Shown: piece after piece, positions 36,992-46,835 of the stretch | Numbering within the stretch: the first letter of the stretch is position 1 | Layout: every line of letters starts with the position of its first letter | Source: a virus | Direction: 5' to 3' (one strand) | Virus record (IMG/VR): IMGVR_UViG_3300031975_001631 | DNA length: 64,000 bases | Notes under the pieces: model-generated | The model's input: the letters and a program-made list of their open reading frames with translations, nothing else | Database searches by the model: none | Told to the model about the DNA's origin: nothing | Translations under genes and position numbers: made by a program

Positions 36992-37446
36992 CTACGATTA
37001 CCCCACTCAACATCAGGATATGCTTCCTTGACGACATTGTGAGTGATACGATACTTCTTACCCAAATTCTTATCCTTAACCAAGCAGATAATTTCTGCTT
37101 CATCGGGATGAAGAGACTCTAAAAGTTCAATGAACAAAGATTCTCTACGAGTCCTCTTAAGACTATCATTACCCCCCTTTACATAGTTATAAAGAGTTCT
37201 ATACTGACTAGCTAATTTACTCTGAGATTCTACAGTAGGAGAATCATTTGGAGTGAATGGAACATCTCCTTCAGGAATGGCACTTATGACACTATCATCA
37301 AAGTTCCACACAAATAAAGAGACTAAAGCAGGAGATCTATGCTCTTTGAGCAGATTGATTTTTGCTGCTTTAGTTTTTGCACTCGACACAGCTTGCAAAA
37401 TTTCAGATTGGAGTGGATGTGGTGGTAATTTACTCATGATTTTCAA
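36988..37446 (-). CDS. Conserved T4-like cyanophage hypothetical protein
   Basis: WNFDDSV...PEGDVPF...RRESLFIELLESLHPDEAE. Confidence 0.8.
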   Translation of the reverse strand: MKIMSKLPPHPLQSEILQAVSSAKTKAAKINLLKEHRSPALVSLFVWNFDDSVISAIPEGDVPFTPNDSPTVESQSKLASQYRTLYNYVKGGNDSLKRTRRESLFIELLESLHPDEAEIICLVKDKNLGKKYRITHNVVKEAYPDVEWGNRS

Positions 37447-37454
37447 ATTAATAA

Positions 37455-37679
37455 TTAGTCTTCGTCATCGGCATCGTCTTCATTAAAACGAAAGGCGATT
37501 AATGAGTCAGGAAGAATATTTCCATTCTCATCATACATTTCAGGGTGGAGAACTTGTTGTTGATCTGAACGATCATGATGGTACATCATATATTCTCTAA
37601 GTACCCATCCTAGCATACATCCAACGATTAATGCACCTATGACCAAGAACGATCCTGCAACTAAACTTACAGCTAGCAT
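37455..37679 (-). CDS. Small membrane protein
   Basis: N-terminal TM helix; HPEMYDENGN motif. Confidence 0.75.
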   Translation of the reverse strand: MLAVSLVAGSFLVIGALIVGCMLGWVLREYMMYHHDRSDQQQVLHPEMYDENGNILPDSLIAFRFNEDDADDED

Positions 37680-37683
37680 TGTT

Positions 37684-37878
37684 TTACTCCGAGGAATTAT
37701 TTTTTCTGATATCCAAATAAAAATTCAGATGTAGAACAATATCTCTCCTGAAGAAAGATAACATGTTACCGAACTTTATTTGAAAAGTTTTTGGTTGTTC
37801 TTTCTTTTTTCCTCCGCTGAGAATGAACTCCACCCCCCGATTTCCGTGGGTATCTTTATTTAGTTCTGGTTCAGACAA
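37684..37878 (-). CDS. Hypothetical protein
   Basis: ORF track 37684..37926 trimmed to the TTG overlapping the glutaredoxin stop. Confidence 0.55.
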   Translation of the reverse strand: MSEPELNKDTHGNRGVEFILSGGKKKEQPKTFQIKFGNMLSFFRRDIVLHLNFYLDIRKNNSSE

Positions 37879-38101
37879 GATTCTGCTCTTTAAAATACTG
37901 TACTGTTTCAGCAGCTCCTCCAACAACTTTATCGTTGTGAACTACCTGAGGAAAATACTGCGTATTAAATTCATTTTGAAATTCTTCAATAGTAAAATCC
38001 TGATTTAATGTGTAGACTACATGCTTTTGCTCTGTAATCTCCATGAGCTGTTTTACTTGACGACAGTGACCACACCCTGGCATTGAGTAGATTGTAAACA
38101 T
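37871..38101 (-). CDS. grx: Glutaredoxin
   Basis: CGHC active site, FPQV, GG. Confidence 0.92.
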   Translation of the reverse strand: MFTIYSMPGCGHCRQVKQLMEITEQKHVVYTLNQDFTIEEFQNEFNTQYFPQVVHNDKVVGGAAETVQYFKEQNLV

Positions 38102-38138
38102 AACTTACTGCTTTACCTACAAGTAGATTTATAAAAAA

Positions 38139-38699
38139 TTAAATTGCTCTATTATATCCCCGGAGCTGTGGGGGCACATGATCAACATTTGCAGAAATAA
38201 CTATTCTTCTTCCCTCATGATTATCAGGAACCCAATGCGGTAAGCTAGCGTCAAACACTAAAACTAATCCATTTTCTACAGGTCTACATGAGTCTCCAAA
38301 ACAAATAGGGGCAGAGTTTTCCTCCACATCAATATAAAAAATGAAAGACAATGCTGAGGGAAAGTGACTATGATATTTTGTCCCTTCATTTGGACCATAA
38401 TCCATAGCCCATAGATTAGTTACCTCATATATGCCGTTACTATAAAAGTACTGCTTGCCAATAGAGTTGGCAAACTCCTCAAAGTAATTTGCAATTGAAG
38501 AAAATCTAGAATCAACCTCATGAAGATTCCAAGCAGATCTCCAACTCGCTTCGACATTACTATCAGAGACACTATCAGGGTTTTCTTTTTTATGATCTAA
38601 AATATTCTGTTTGAATTCATCCAACCTTTCAGTCCATCTAGACTCAAAAATTGGCATTTGAACAGAGACTTTACTAATTCCGATATCGGTCATAATCAA
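38139..38699 (-). CDS. 2OG-Fe(II) oxygenase-like protein
   Basis: LWAMDY, YHSH, LVLVFDASLPHWV, RIVISAN. Confidence 0.8.
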   Translation of the reverse strand: MIMTDIGISKVSVQMPIFESRWTERLDEFKQNILDHKKENPDSVSDSNVEASWRSAWNLHEVDSRFSSIANYFEEFANSIGKQYFYSNGIYEVTNLWAMDYGPNEGTKYHSHFPSALSFIFYIDVEENSAPICFGDSCRPVENGLVLVFDASLPHWVPDNHEGRRIVISANVDHVPPQLRGYNRAI

Positions 38700-39268
38700 G
38701 ATTCATCAATAATACTAATGTTCATAGCAACAGCAATCCTTCTCCCCTTCGTAGGCGGAACATGATGTGTAATGAATCCAGGAAACAAAACTAACATCCC
38801 ATTCTTTACATGGACTTCCTTATCTTCCAATAAGATAGGAGCAACATCTTCTTCGACATCAATATAGTAAACGCAAGACCATGCTGATGGAAAGTGATCA
38901 TGAGGGGTAGCTTGATCACCCTCCTCCATGACTACTGCCCATAAAGAAGCGAGTTTATACTTTGCATGAGTATGGAATACCTGCTCCGTAATGTAGTCTA
39001 GCACATATATGACATAATTGCCAATGTCCAAAAACCTATCATCAGTTTGATGTGTATCCCACTTAGTTAACCATGCCTTGACAGAATGGCCTGCGGTCTC
39101 ATCTGTATCCAGATATTCTGGATCTTGAGATCTTTTCTCCAGAATTATATCTTTAAATCTATTAAATTCTTCTGGACCATTTTCAATAATAAAGGTGGGC
39201 AACTTAGTGACCACCTTATCATATTGAATAACCCTAGATGTAGGTCCGTTCTCCATCTTGTCCACCAA
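38696..39268 (-). CDS. 2OG-Fe(II) oxygenase-like protein (paralogue of the neighbour)
   Basis: LWAVVM, PHDH, LVLFPGFITHHV, RIAVAMN. Confidence 0.8.
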   Translation of the reverse strand: MVDKMENGPTSRVIQYDKVVTKLPTFIIENGPEEFNRFKDIILEKRSQDPEYLDTDETAGHSVKAWLTKWDTHQTDDRFLDIGNYVIYVLDYITEQVFHTHAKYKLASLWAVVMEEGDQATPHDHFPSAWSCVYYIDVEEDVAPILLEDKEVHVKNGMLVLFPGFITHHVPPTKGRRIAVAMNISIIDES

Positions 39269-42200
39269 GCGTCATAATACTAAGTTCGCCCAAGTCTTCA
39301 AGGGCAGGAATTCCATTATACACCCTAACGGTATATCCGTTAACTGTTCTGTCAGAAATTCGTAAATTAACGATACCACCTGGGAAAGCATTTGTACCAC
39401 TTGCGATACCAATGACAGCATAGTCAGTATCATTCATTGCATCAGCAAAGTTAACATTGTAGATACCAGTACCGGTTTGAACGATAGAGCTTACATTATG
39501 TGAGCGATCTCCAGGGACATAATCACTGTTACCAACACCAAGGTTAGTGTTCATGTACCAAGAAGTGGCGCGACCTTCATAGAATTGAGTGTAAGTAGCA
39601 GTCTTGAGACCTACAAGATTCTTAAACTCCCCAACTCTGCTGACCTTATGGAAATCATTATTAAACACTTGGATGGAGTTACCCATGCTTCCAAATTGTG
39701 TTCCAATACCAGCACCATAATACAAGAGTTGAGGAGTGTTCTCATCAATGAGAATTTCAGTATAAGTTCCAGTCTCAGTTACATTATCAGAGTACTGATT
39801 CGGAGTTGTTGTACCAAATCCTACTGCAGAACCATCTGCAGCATAGTAGAACCTGATCGGATAGTTTACCTGCTGTGATGCATTCTCAAAGCGATAGGTT
39901 TGACCTACTTCAAATCTCAGGTAAGGAGATTCATAACCCTGAACATTGATAGAACGATCAGATCCGATGCCATAATATCTGTGATCTGTTGTCTTTGTAC
40001 CAATAGTAGTAGGTAGAGGCTTGTATGTGCCCTCAAACTGCGTATAAAGGTTCTTAGCGGTGTCTGCAGCGCCCGTTAAGGTGGAGAAACTAGAACTATT
40101 AGCAAAGAGTGCATTGTTTGCCTGAGAGGCGAGTCCAGCGAGCGTAGCGTAGGTAGCAATGCCAGCGACAATAGCCTCAGATGCAATACCTGCAAGTGTA
40201 GCACGAGGTGCCTCGTTAATCGTTACTGTAACGATACCAGCAGAGACTGGACTTACATCGAGACCAGCATTAAAGTTGACTGTTCCTGCTGTACCAACTG
40301 CGGATCCAGAGTCTTGAATGATGACACCCGAACCAGCAGCAACAATATTAGTTAACTGAGATCCGTCACCAATAAATCTCGGTGCAGTGATGTCATTATT
40401 AGATGTGATTGTAGCATCAACATCCAATTGAGAAGCTGTTCCTGCAGTTGTTGCACTGTCAGCAGTATTTGCCGAGGTCGCTGTGGTTGCTACCGTAGCC
40501 AATCCAGCAACAGTTGCAAAGTCTGCTTGAGTTGCTTTAGGAACAGAAACCCCAGCGGCAAGACTATTAGCAGTTTGTGCAACACCTACGGTATCTGCAG
40601 CAGTAATAGTGACAATACCAGCAGAGATTTGAGATACTGTCAGATTCTGACCGAAGTTAATAGTAGCAGCAGTACCAACAGTACTATCATCATCCTTAAT
40701 GATGACACCTGCACCAACACCAGTTACACCAGTAATACCAGAACCATCTCCAAAGAATGCAGTAGCAGTAATGTTACCGCTGGTATTAACATTGATGTTT
40801 GTACCAATACCAGAGGGACCAGGGTCCTGAGGTACAGAGTGAGCAACAAAAGTCAGATTGGGTTTAGAACCACGAACAATCAAGCTCTGACCCTTAGCAA
40901 GAGCAAGGTTGTCGATCTGAACATCCTGCAGAGGAGCCAGTCTTAAACCAAATACCAGGTAGTCAGACTCTTGGAACTGTGCGAGACCACCAGAGGACAG
41001 ACCAACTGACATGCCAACAGTAGAGTCAGAGTTCTGGTTTGTAGCATGAACTGTGACTAGGCTATCTTCTTGTGCTGTAAAAAACTCAAGGTTAGTATTG
41101 ATCTGGAAAGGAGGATTGAATCCAAGAGTACCAGATCTTCTTCTACCATGAACCAGAGCAGAGTCAGGACCCAACTTATCAAACTTTCTAGTAGCAAAGG
41201 CAAGGAAAGAGATGTTAGGGTCGAAAGAAGATACGAAGATCTTATCTCCAGGTTTGATACCAACTTTTTCAATCAGTCTCGTACCACCTCTATCAAGGGG
41301 AATACCATAGGTAATATAGTCACTCCTTTTGAATCCAGGAGTACTAGAAATACCAATAGAGAATGTAGAACGGAAGTCGTTCTGGTTTGCAACACTAATG
41401 CTAACCTCAAGGAGGTTATCTGCCTCATATAACTGAACCGGCTCAACAACACCGTTCGTTAGTGTTGTTTTAATAGAAGCAAGTCTACCAACCTCAGCAA
41501 GAGCAGCAGAAGGAGTGGTGAAAGAAATTACTGCTGAGAAAGGAGATGTATGTTCAACACCAGATGTACCATCAGCGTTAGAAAGATGACGACATCTTAC
41601 ATAGAAGGTATGATTAGAGTTAAGTCCTTCAGGAATTATCTGAGATAAAGAAGTATTATTGTTACCAACACTAGTAAATACTATAGTAGTAAATCCAATA
41701 TCTTCAGCAACTTCAAACTCAACTGCTTTTAAAGTACCAGATACTGCTTCACTATCAATAGAAACAAATGCACTGGATACAAGAGCAATACCAAATCTCT
41801 GATTTAGAGTAGTTCCACTGATAGGACTAATAATCGTAGGTGCCTGAACACCAGGAGCATTACCTAAGGTAGCGAATGAAACAATACCTGTAGAGTAATT
41901 AGAGGTATATGAAGTAAATGATGTGCCATCATCGTTAGACAGATGTCTTGTACGAGCATAGTGGGTCGTGAAACCTGCTAACTGAACATCAACTGTTTGG
42001 ATTAGACTAGTATTATTATCTCCAGTAGATTCCCAGACAATAGAACTAAAGTCAGATGCAGTAGAGAGTTGCATCTCAACTGCTTTTAAAGTACCAGATA
42101 CGGTAGTATCTCCAATAGCAACATAGCTACTAGATCTTATCTGTAAGCTTTCAGTACTAACACCAACATCATTATTGATTGGAGATTCAATAGTCGGTTC

Positions 42201-44174
42201 TGTAATACCAGCAGATTCTGTCAGAATACCAGAAGCAGTGTCAAGATAAACAATCGCTACACTGCCACCAGATCCATCAGGACTTCTTTGGTTGAACTGA
42301 CCAGTCCACCACTGAAAATTAGAATCACCATAGTCAGAAGTTGGAAACTGATCAAAGAGTAAATCGGAACCAGTCTGTGTACTACCAGCAGCAACAGTGG
42401 AAGAGTCCGTTGCACCAACACCAACACCCCGACCATAATCATTCAGCAACCACTGTCTCAGTTCCTGAGATGTAGCGTCAGGTTTTCTCTGCAAGTATAA
42501 AGCTACAAGACCAGTAACTACAGGAGCAGCAGCAGATGTACCGTTGAAGTTAGCGTCGAAATGAGTAGGATTATCATATCTCTGGAAGTCTGCATAAGGT
42601 CCACTAGGAAGACCAGCAGCTAGAGTGTCTTCAGCAGGTGCATAAATGTCAACACCAGGACCACTATTAGAATATTCAGCTTTTCTTTCTTTGTAGCTAG
42701 ATTCCACAAAGTCATCAAGAGCACCAACATTGATAACAGGATGATATCCAGTGGTCTCATCGACACCAATACCCTGAGGATTCATCCAATCCCTATGGGA
42801 TGTTGGTGTCCTCTGTCCACCAAACTCAGCCCTTGGATCATTAGAACCAAAGTATTGGTCGGCAACACCATTAAGTCTATGAGGATCTGTTCGTCCAATA
42901 CCAATATACTGGTTGTTATTACCAGCAGCGGCAATCATAATTACACCGGCTTCGATCATCTCAGCGCCAGCAGCATCAGTGGCGCTAGATCTAGATGAAG
43001 AAGACCATGATTTATAAGCACCTGATACTTGATTATTGAAACCAATAATCATATCTTCAACACCAGCTGGAGCTCCAGCTGCGACACTGCTCATGTCAAT
43101 GGTACTAGTAATACCAGTAAATTTGTATCTTACAGTTCCCGATGGGAGGACAGCAGCCTGATAACCCCAAGAACCATTAACAACCGTAGGATTTCTTACC
43201 CCAGTTTGAGTGTTTACTGGTTTATATTGATGGAAGAACTTAATGAGATCATAAGATGTCTCAATATCCATACCAACATTATCAGACACACAAGGCATTG
43301 CCCAGATGTTTGATTTAAATGCAAGACCAAAGTTCTTACCAGCAGCAAGAGATGCAGCTGCAGTACCGTGACCACTACCTAAGTTATTAGAACCTGCCGT
43401 GCCAATACCGATAGCACCATTTCTATTGTAACCAGGAGGAATAACTACTTCAGGAAGAAGAACGAACTCAGCAGATCTAGCATTGTTATCTTCCCACCAT
43501 GCTTCAGCTCTAGCAGTATCAACACCTACTGATCCGTCTTCTAAGGTATAAACAAATCCACCACTATTAAAGTAACCAGGGTCAAGATAATATGGGAAGT
43601 CAAGAACAAGGTCAAGCACCCTACTTTTCCCACTATCATCCAAGAATTCTGGGTGTGATTGTAGAGTACCAGAGTCTTGAATAACAATATCTACATTTCT
43701 ACCATCATATAAGAAGTTAAAGTTACCCTGCTTGGGTGCAATATCACCGACTACACCAGACCAAAAATCTCCGTTGGTTGCGATACCAGAAAGTCTAGGA
43801 AGTGCCCAGTTTGTTCTATTTAATTCTGCAGAAGTTGGATTTGAAGCTGGTGGACCATTACTATCTAAATCTCTATAGATTTTAACATCACTATCAAACC
43901 TTAACGGCATTACCAGAGATGGATCTGGAAAGCTTTCTCTATTGTCCTTTAGTGAAAGTTCAATCCACTTAACATGAGGATGACGAGCAATCTCTTGAGC
44001 CTCGTCATCTGTTAACTCATAAGTACCACGAACTGCACTAATTGAGTGCTCATCGGTACAAGTAATTTTTCTGTCTGGAATTCCGTCCTGATTAGAGTCG
44101 ATAGTGAGAGACCCATGGATCTCATTCCAATGATCAGCACTAGTAACTGCCAGGGTATATCTTTTAAGAGTCAT
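39234..44174 (-). CDS. Virion fibre protein with N-terminal subtilase (S8) domain and duplicated Ig/FN3-like modules
   Basis: Triad DIVIQDSG / GHGTAAASLAAG / FNGTSAAAP, oxyanion AAAGN; two SGTLKAVE...RHLSN modules; fibre-like repeats. Confidence 0.85.
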   Translation of the reverse strand: MTLKRYTLAVTSADHWNEIHGSLTIDSNQDGIPDRKITCTDEHSISAVRGTYELTDDEAQEIARHPHVKWIELSLKDNRESFPDPSLVMPLRFDSDVKIYRDLDSNGPPASNPTSAELNRTNWALPRLSGIATNGDFWSGVVGDIAPKQGNFNFLYDGRNVDIVIQDSGTLQSHPEFLDDSGKSRVLDLVLDFPYYLDPGYFNSGGFVYTLEDGSVGVDTARAEAWWEDNNARSAEFVLLPEVVIPPGYNRNGAIGIGTAGSNNLGSGHGTAAASLAAGKNFGLAFKSNIWAMPCVSDNVGMDIETSYDLIKFFHQYKPVNTQTGVRNPTVVNGSWGYQAAVLPSGTVRYKFTGITSTIDMSSVAAGAPAGVEDMIIGFNNQVSGAYKSWSSSSRSSATDAAGAEMIEAGVIMIAAAGNNNQYIGIGRTDPHRLNGVADQYFGSNDPRAEFGGQRTPTSHRDWMNPQGIGVDETTGYHPVINVGALDDFVESSYKERKAEYSNSGPGVDIYAPAEDTLAAGLPSGPYADFQRYDNPTHFDANFNGTSAAAPVVTGLVALYLQRKPDATSQELRQWLLNDYGRGVGVGATDSSTVAAGSTQTGSDLLFDQFPTSDYGDSNFQWWTGQFNQRSPDGSGGSVAIVYLDTASGILTESAGITEPTIESPINNDVGVSTESLQIRSSSYVAIGDTTVSGTLKAVEMQLSTASDFSSIVWESTGDNNTSLIQTVDVQLAGFTTHYARTRHLSNDDGTSFTSYTSNYSTGIVSFATLGNAPGVQAPTIISPISGTTLNQRFGIALVSSAFVSIDSEAVSGTLKAVEFEVAEDIGFTTIVFTSVGNNNTSLSQIIPEGLNSNHTFYVRCRHLSNADGTSGVEHTSPFSAVISFTTPSAALAEVGRLASIKTTLTNGVVEPVQLYEADNLLEVSISVANQNDFRSTFSIGISSTPGFKRSDYITYGIPLDRGGTRLIEKVGIKPGDKIFVSSFDPNISFLAFATRKFDKLGPDSALVHGRRRSGTLGFNPPFQINTNLEFFTAQEDSLVTVHATNQNSDSTVGMSVGLSSGGLAQFQESDYLVFGLRLAPLQDVQIDNLALAKGQSLIVRGSKPNLTFVAHSVPQDPGPSGIGTNINVNTSGNITATAFFGDGSGITGVTGVGAGVIIKDDDSTVGTAATINFGQNLTVSQISAGIVTITAADTVGVAQTANSLAAGVSVPKATQADFATVAGLATVATTATSANTADSATTAGTASQLDVDATITSNNDITAPRFIGDGSQLTNIVAAGSGVIIQDSGSAVGTAGTVNFNAGLDVSPVSAGIVTVTINEAPRATLAGIASEAIVAGIATYATLAGLASQANNALFANSSSFSTLTGAADTAKNLYTQFEGTYKPLPTTIGTKTTDHRYYGIGSDRSINVQGYESPYLRFEVGQTYRFENASQQVNYPIRFYYAADGSAVGFGTTTPNQYSDNVTETGTYTEILIDENTPQLLYYGAGIGTQFGSMGNSIQVFNNDFHKVSRVGEFKNLVGLKTATYTQFYEGRATSWYMNTNLGVGNSDYVPGDRSHNVSSIVQTGTGIYNVNFADAMNDTDYAVIGIASGTNAFPGGIVNLRISDRTVNGYTVRVYNGIPALEDLGELSIMTLGGQDGERTYI
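41718..42101. repeat. 27-bp direct repeat (ctcaactgcttttaaagtaccagatac) marking a domain duplication
   Basis: Copies at 41718-41744 and 42075-42101. Confidence 0.85.
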
Positions 44175-44247
44175 GCCTCAAAATCTATAGGTGAGCACCT
44201 TTTTTATATTTAGGTATGGTAGAATATATATTATAAAGAGCCTTACT

Positions 44248-45045
44248 ATGAATATTGTTACTGGAGCGAAGGGATTCATTGGTGGACACTTTGCCAAAAA
44301 CATGGATAGTGTGCTTGAAATTGATATTGATAACTGCTTTGACCTGTTGAATAAATTTAATCGTTGGGAAGAGGTAAACACAATCATCCACATGGGTGCT
44401 CGCTCATTCACAACAGATAAAAATGTAGATTTAATTTACAAGTATAATATTGATTATAGCATCAAGCTATTTGAAAAGGCAATTGAGTATGGTATTCCCG
44501 TCAAGTATGCCTCCTCTGCTTCCACTTATGGTCGTTGCATGTCAACTGATGGTATTATTAATCCTCTAAACCACTACGCATTATCAAAAGCAACGGTTGA
44601 TTACTGGGTGCAAGACAATATGCATAGATTCTCACACATCCAAGGATTTAAGTTCTTTAATGTATATGGTAGCGGTGAGGTCCACAAAGGAGAGCAGGCA
44701 AGCCTTGTAAGTAAGTTCAAGTGGCAATCTGCTACAGGCAAAGTTCATCCCTTTGAAGGATCAAATAAGGTACATAGAGATTATATCTGGGTAGGAGACA
44801 TTGTAAATGTTGTGCTCACTAATAGTGCAGGTAGTGGTATCTATGACCTAGGAACTGGTGCTGCAATTACTATTCAAGAAGTGGCAGATTTAGTTGCACA
44901 AAAAACCGAGGCTATGGTAGAGGAAATTCCTTTCCCACCAAACCTCGTTGGTAAGTATCAATACAATACTCAAGCAGATATGAATTGGTTAAACTATAAG
45001 TTCAAAACCGTTGCTGATTATATCAATTACCACGATGAATTCTGA
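44248..45045 (+). CDS. hldD: ADP-L-glycero-D-manno-heptose 6-epimerase-like SDR
   Basis: IVTGAKGFIG, HMGA, YASSASTYG, NHYALSK (YxxxK), FFNVYG, RDYIWVGD. Confidence 0.88.
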   Translation: MNIVTGAKGFIGGHFAKNMDSVLEIDIDNCFDLLNKFNRWEEVNTIIHMGARSFTTDKNVDLIYKYNIDYSIKLFEKAIEYGIPVKYASSASTYGRCMSTDGIINPLNHYALSKATVDYWVQDNMHRFSHIQGFKFFNVYGSGEVHKGEQASLVSKFKWQSATGKVHPFEGSNKVHRDYIWVGDIVNVVLTNSAGSGIYDLGTGAAITIQEVADLVAQKTEAMVEEIPFPPNLVGKYQYNTQADMNWLNYKFKTVADYINYHDEF

Positions 45046-45382
45046 TTGAGTCTGAATCAAAGTGTTGCGTTGAGAATTCAAACAGTTCTGAGTCTTCCAA
45101 CGCAATCATCTGATGCTTTAGCCCAGTAGGAACATAAAACTTATCTCCAGGTTCTAAGACTTTAAGTTCTGCTTTACTGAGATCTTCATCCCACCCAAAA
45201 TACAATGAGATGAGACCACTCTGTAGGTAGAAGGTCTCATCTTTTATTTTATGGTAGTGCCACGAGCACCTTTTGTTCTTTTCCAGGAACAAAAGTTTAC
45301 CACAGTACATTTCATTATTTACAATCCACTTTTCATAACCCCATCCTTTGGGGACTACCTTAATTGAAGAAGTCTTTGTCAT
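45023..45382 (-). CDS. Cupin, sugar isomerase-like
   Basis: PKGWGYEKW, CSWHYHKIKDETFY, HQMIALEDS. Confidence 0.8.
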   Translation of the reverse strand: MTKTSSIKVVPKGWGYEKWIVNNEMYCGKLLFLEKNKRCSWHYHKIKDETFYLQSGLISLYFGWDEDLSKAELKVLEPGDKFYVPTGLKHQMIALEDSELFEFSTQHFDSDSIRIHRGN

Positions 45383-45683
45383 TAATTCCCTTGTCGTCAA
45401 TGTAATAATCTGATGATGGTTTACCTAGATATAAATTATGAAACTTACACCCCCACGACTCTAATTGATTCTTAGTAAATTCGTAGAACTCTTTCTCAGC
45501 TAACTCACGATTATTATCGTACCTACCCATGCCTCTGGCGGTAAGATAATTTATAGTATGACCTTCATCATAAAGCTTATTTATTTTCTGTATACGATCC
45601 CATCTAGGGGTTGCGAGAGTATACCTAGATTCTCCCTTCCCAGCATAGCAAATTGTTTCATCGATATCAACAGTATATCTCAT
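45360..45683 (-). CDS. HAD-superfamily phosphatase (capsule/heptose-type)
   Basis: VDIDETI (DxD), TARG, GKP, YIDD. Confidence 0.85.
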   Translation of the reverse strand: MRYTVDIDETICYAGKGESRYTLATPRWDRIQKINKLYDEGHTINYLTARGMGRYDNNRELAEKEFYEFTKNQLESWGCKFHNLYLGKPSSDYYIDDKGINDKDFFN

Positions 45684-46474
45684 ATATTTAAAATCCTATC
45701 AACATTATTCATAGTGAGAATATATGTACCAGGATTCTGTACTGCAATAGCAGCTGCCTTATTAGCAAAACAAATTGCTTCATCCATTGACGGAAGTTGA
45801 ATGTAATAGAAAACTAAAGATGCAAGGAAAGTATCTCCAGCTCCAGTCACATCAAATGTCCGAACAAGATCTGCACATGGAAACTTTTTCTTATTCCATG
45901 CAGCACCCTCAGACCCCATGGTAACAATCATATTCGTAGAGTTTGGAATATGATCTGGATCTAAACTCTCAAATTCTTTCTTGTTAATTTTATAGATGAC
46001 ATTACTGTGCTCCGTAGGAAGTATAGTTTTTTTCGTATCCACAAATATCTTAGTATTAGGATACCTACCAGCAATGTCACTGATTGTTTTTGCGTCGGGA
46101 ATATAACCTTTGTTATAGTCCGAAATGACAATAGCATCATATGTTTCATGCAATAAAGCCATCTGCAGTTCAGATGGATGCAAGGGTTTTACATCAGGTT
46201 CATTATCTACTCGGACAATCTGTTGGTTAGATCTAATATCAATATATCTCGTCTTAGTGAGAGGTTCCTTATTAGTAAGAAAAGTTACATTAATACCAAG
46301 AGACTCTAGATTTGCATGAACATTAGCAGCCATGCCAGGTGCCTGTTCTTTTTGACTTTGAATCAATATAGGAACTGGTGCCTCTGGGCTTAGTCTATTG
46401 CATGGACCATAGACCCATTCATCAGTACAACTATCCCCGATCAATAATACTTTGTATGGTCTTGCTAGTTGCAT
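45680..46474 (-). CDS. hldA: HldE/RfaE kinase domain (PfkB family)
   Basis: IGDSCTD...RLSPEAPVP, GMAANV, SDYNKG, DVTGAGDTF. Confidence 0.9.
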   Translation of the reverse strand: MQLARPYKVLLIGDSCTDEWVYGPCNRLSPEAPVPILIQSQKEQAPGMAANVHANLESLGINVTFLTNKEPLTKTRYIDIRSNQQIVRVDNEPDVKPLHPSELQMALLHETYDAIVISDYNKGYIPDAKTISDIAGRYPNTKIFVDTKKTILPTEHSNVIYKINKKEFESLDPDHIPNSTNMIVTMGSEGAAWNKKKFPCADLVRTFDVTGAGDTFLASLVFYYIQLPSMDEAICFANKAAAIAVQNPGTYILTMNNVDRILNI

Positions 46475-46835
46475 AATCTTCTAACCTAGGGAAAAAATGT
46501 AATTCAGTAGCGTACATAGATCCAATGACTGACTTTCCTTCCCAGTCAGATCCTACTACCATTATATCAGGTGCAGTAACAGCTATGCACTTTTCTAGTT
46601 CTTCATCAGAACCAAATAGAACTACATGATCTACAGTCTTAAGACTTTGTAGCATGTATGCTCTATCTTCGGCGTTATTTATTGGGCGAGAAGGACCTTT
46701 CTTTTCCCTTACCCGCTCATCACTATCAATACCAACAACTACTACATCACCCATAGACTTTGCATACTCTAAGAGTTGCAAATGTCCAGAATGAAGAATA
46801 TCAAAGGTTCCGTTTACAAAAACTTTTTTAGTCAT
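46431..46835 (-). CDS. hldC: HldE/RfaE nucleotidyltransferase domain
   Basis: NGTFDILHSGH (HxGH), REKKGPSRPIN, VVGSDW, TSKTI. Confidence 0.9.
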   Translation of the reverse strand: MTKKVFVNGTFDILHSGHLQLLEYAKSMGDVVVVGIDSDERVREKKGPSRPINNAEDRAYMLQSLKTVDHVVLFGSDEELEKCIAVTAPDIMVVGSDWEGKSVIGSMYATELHFFPRLEDYATSKTIQSIIDRG

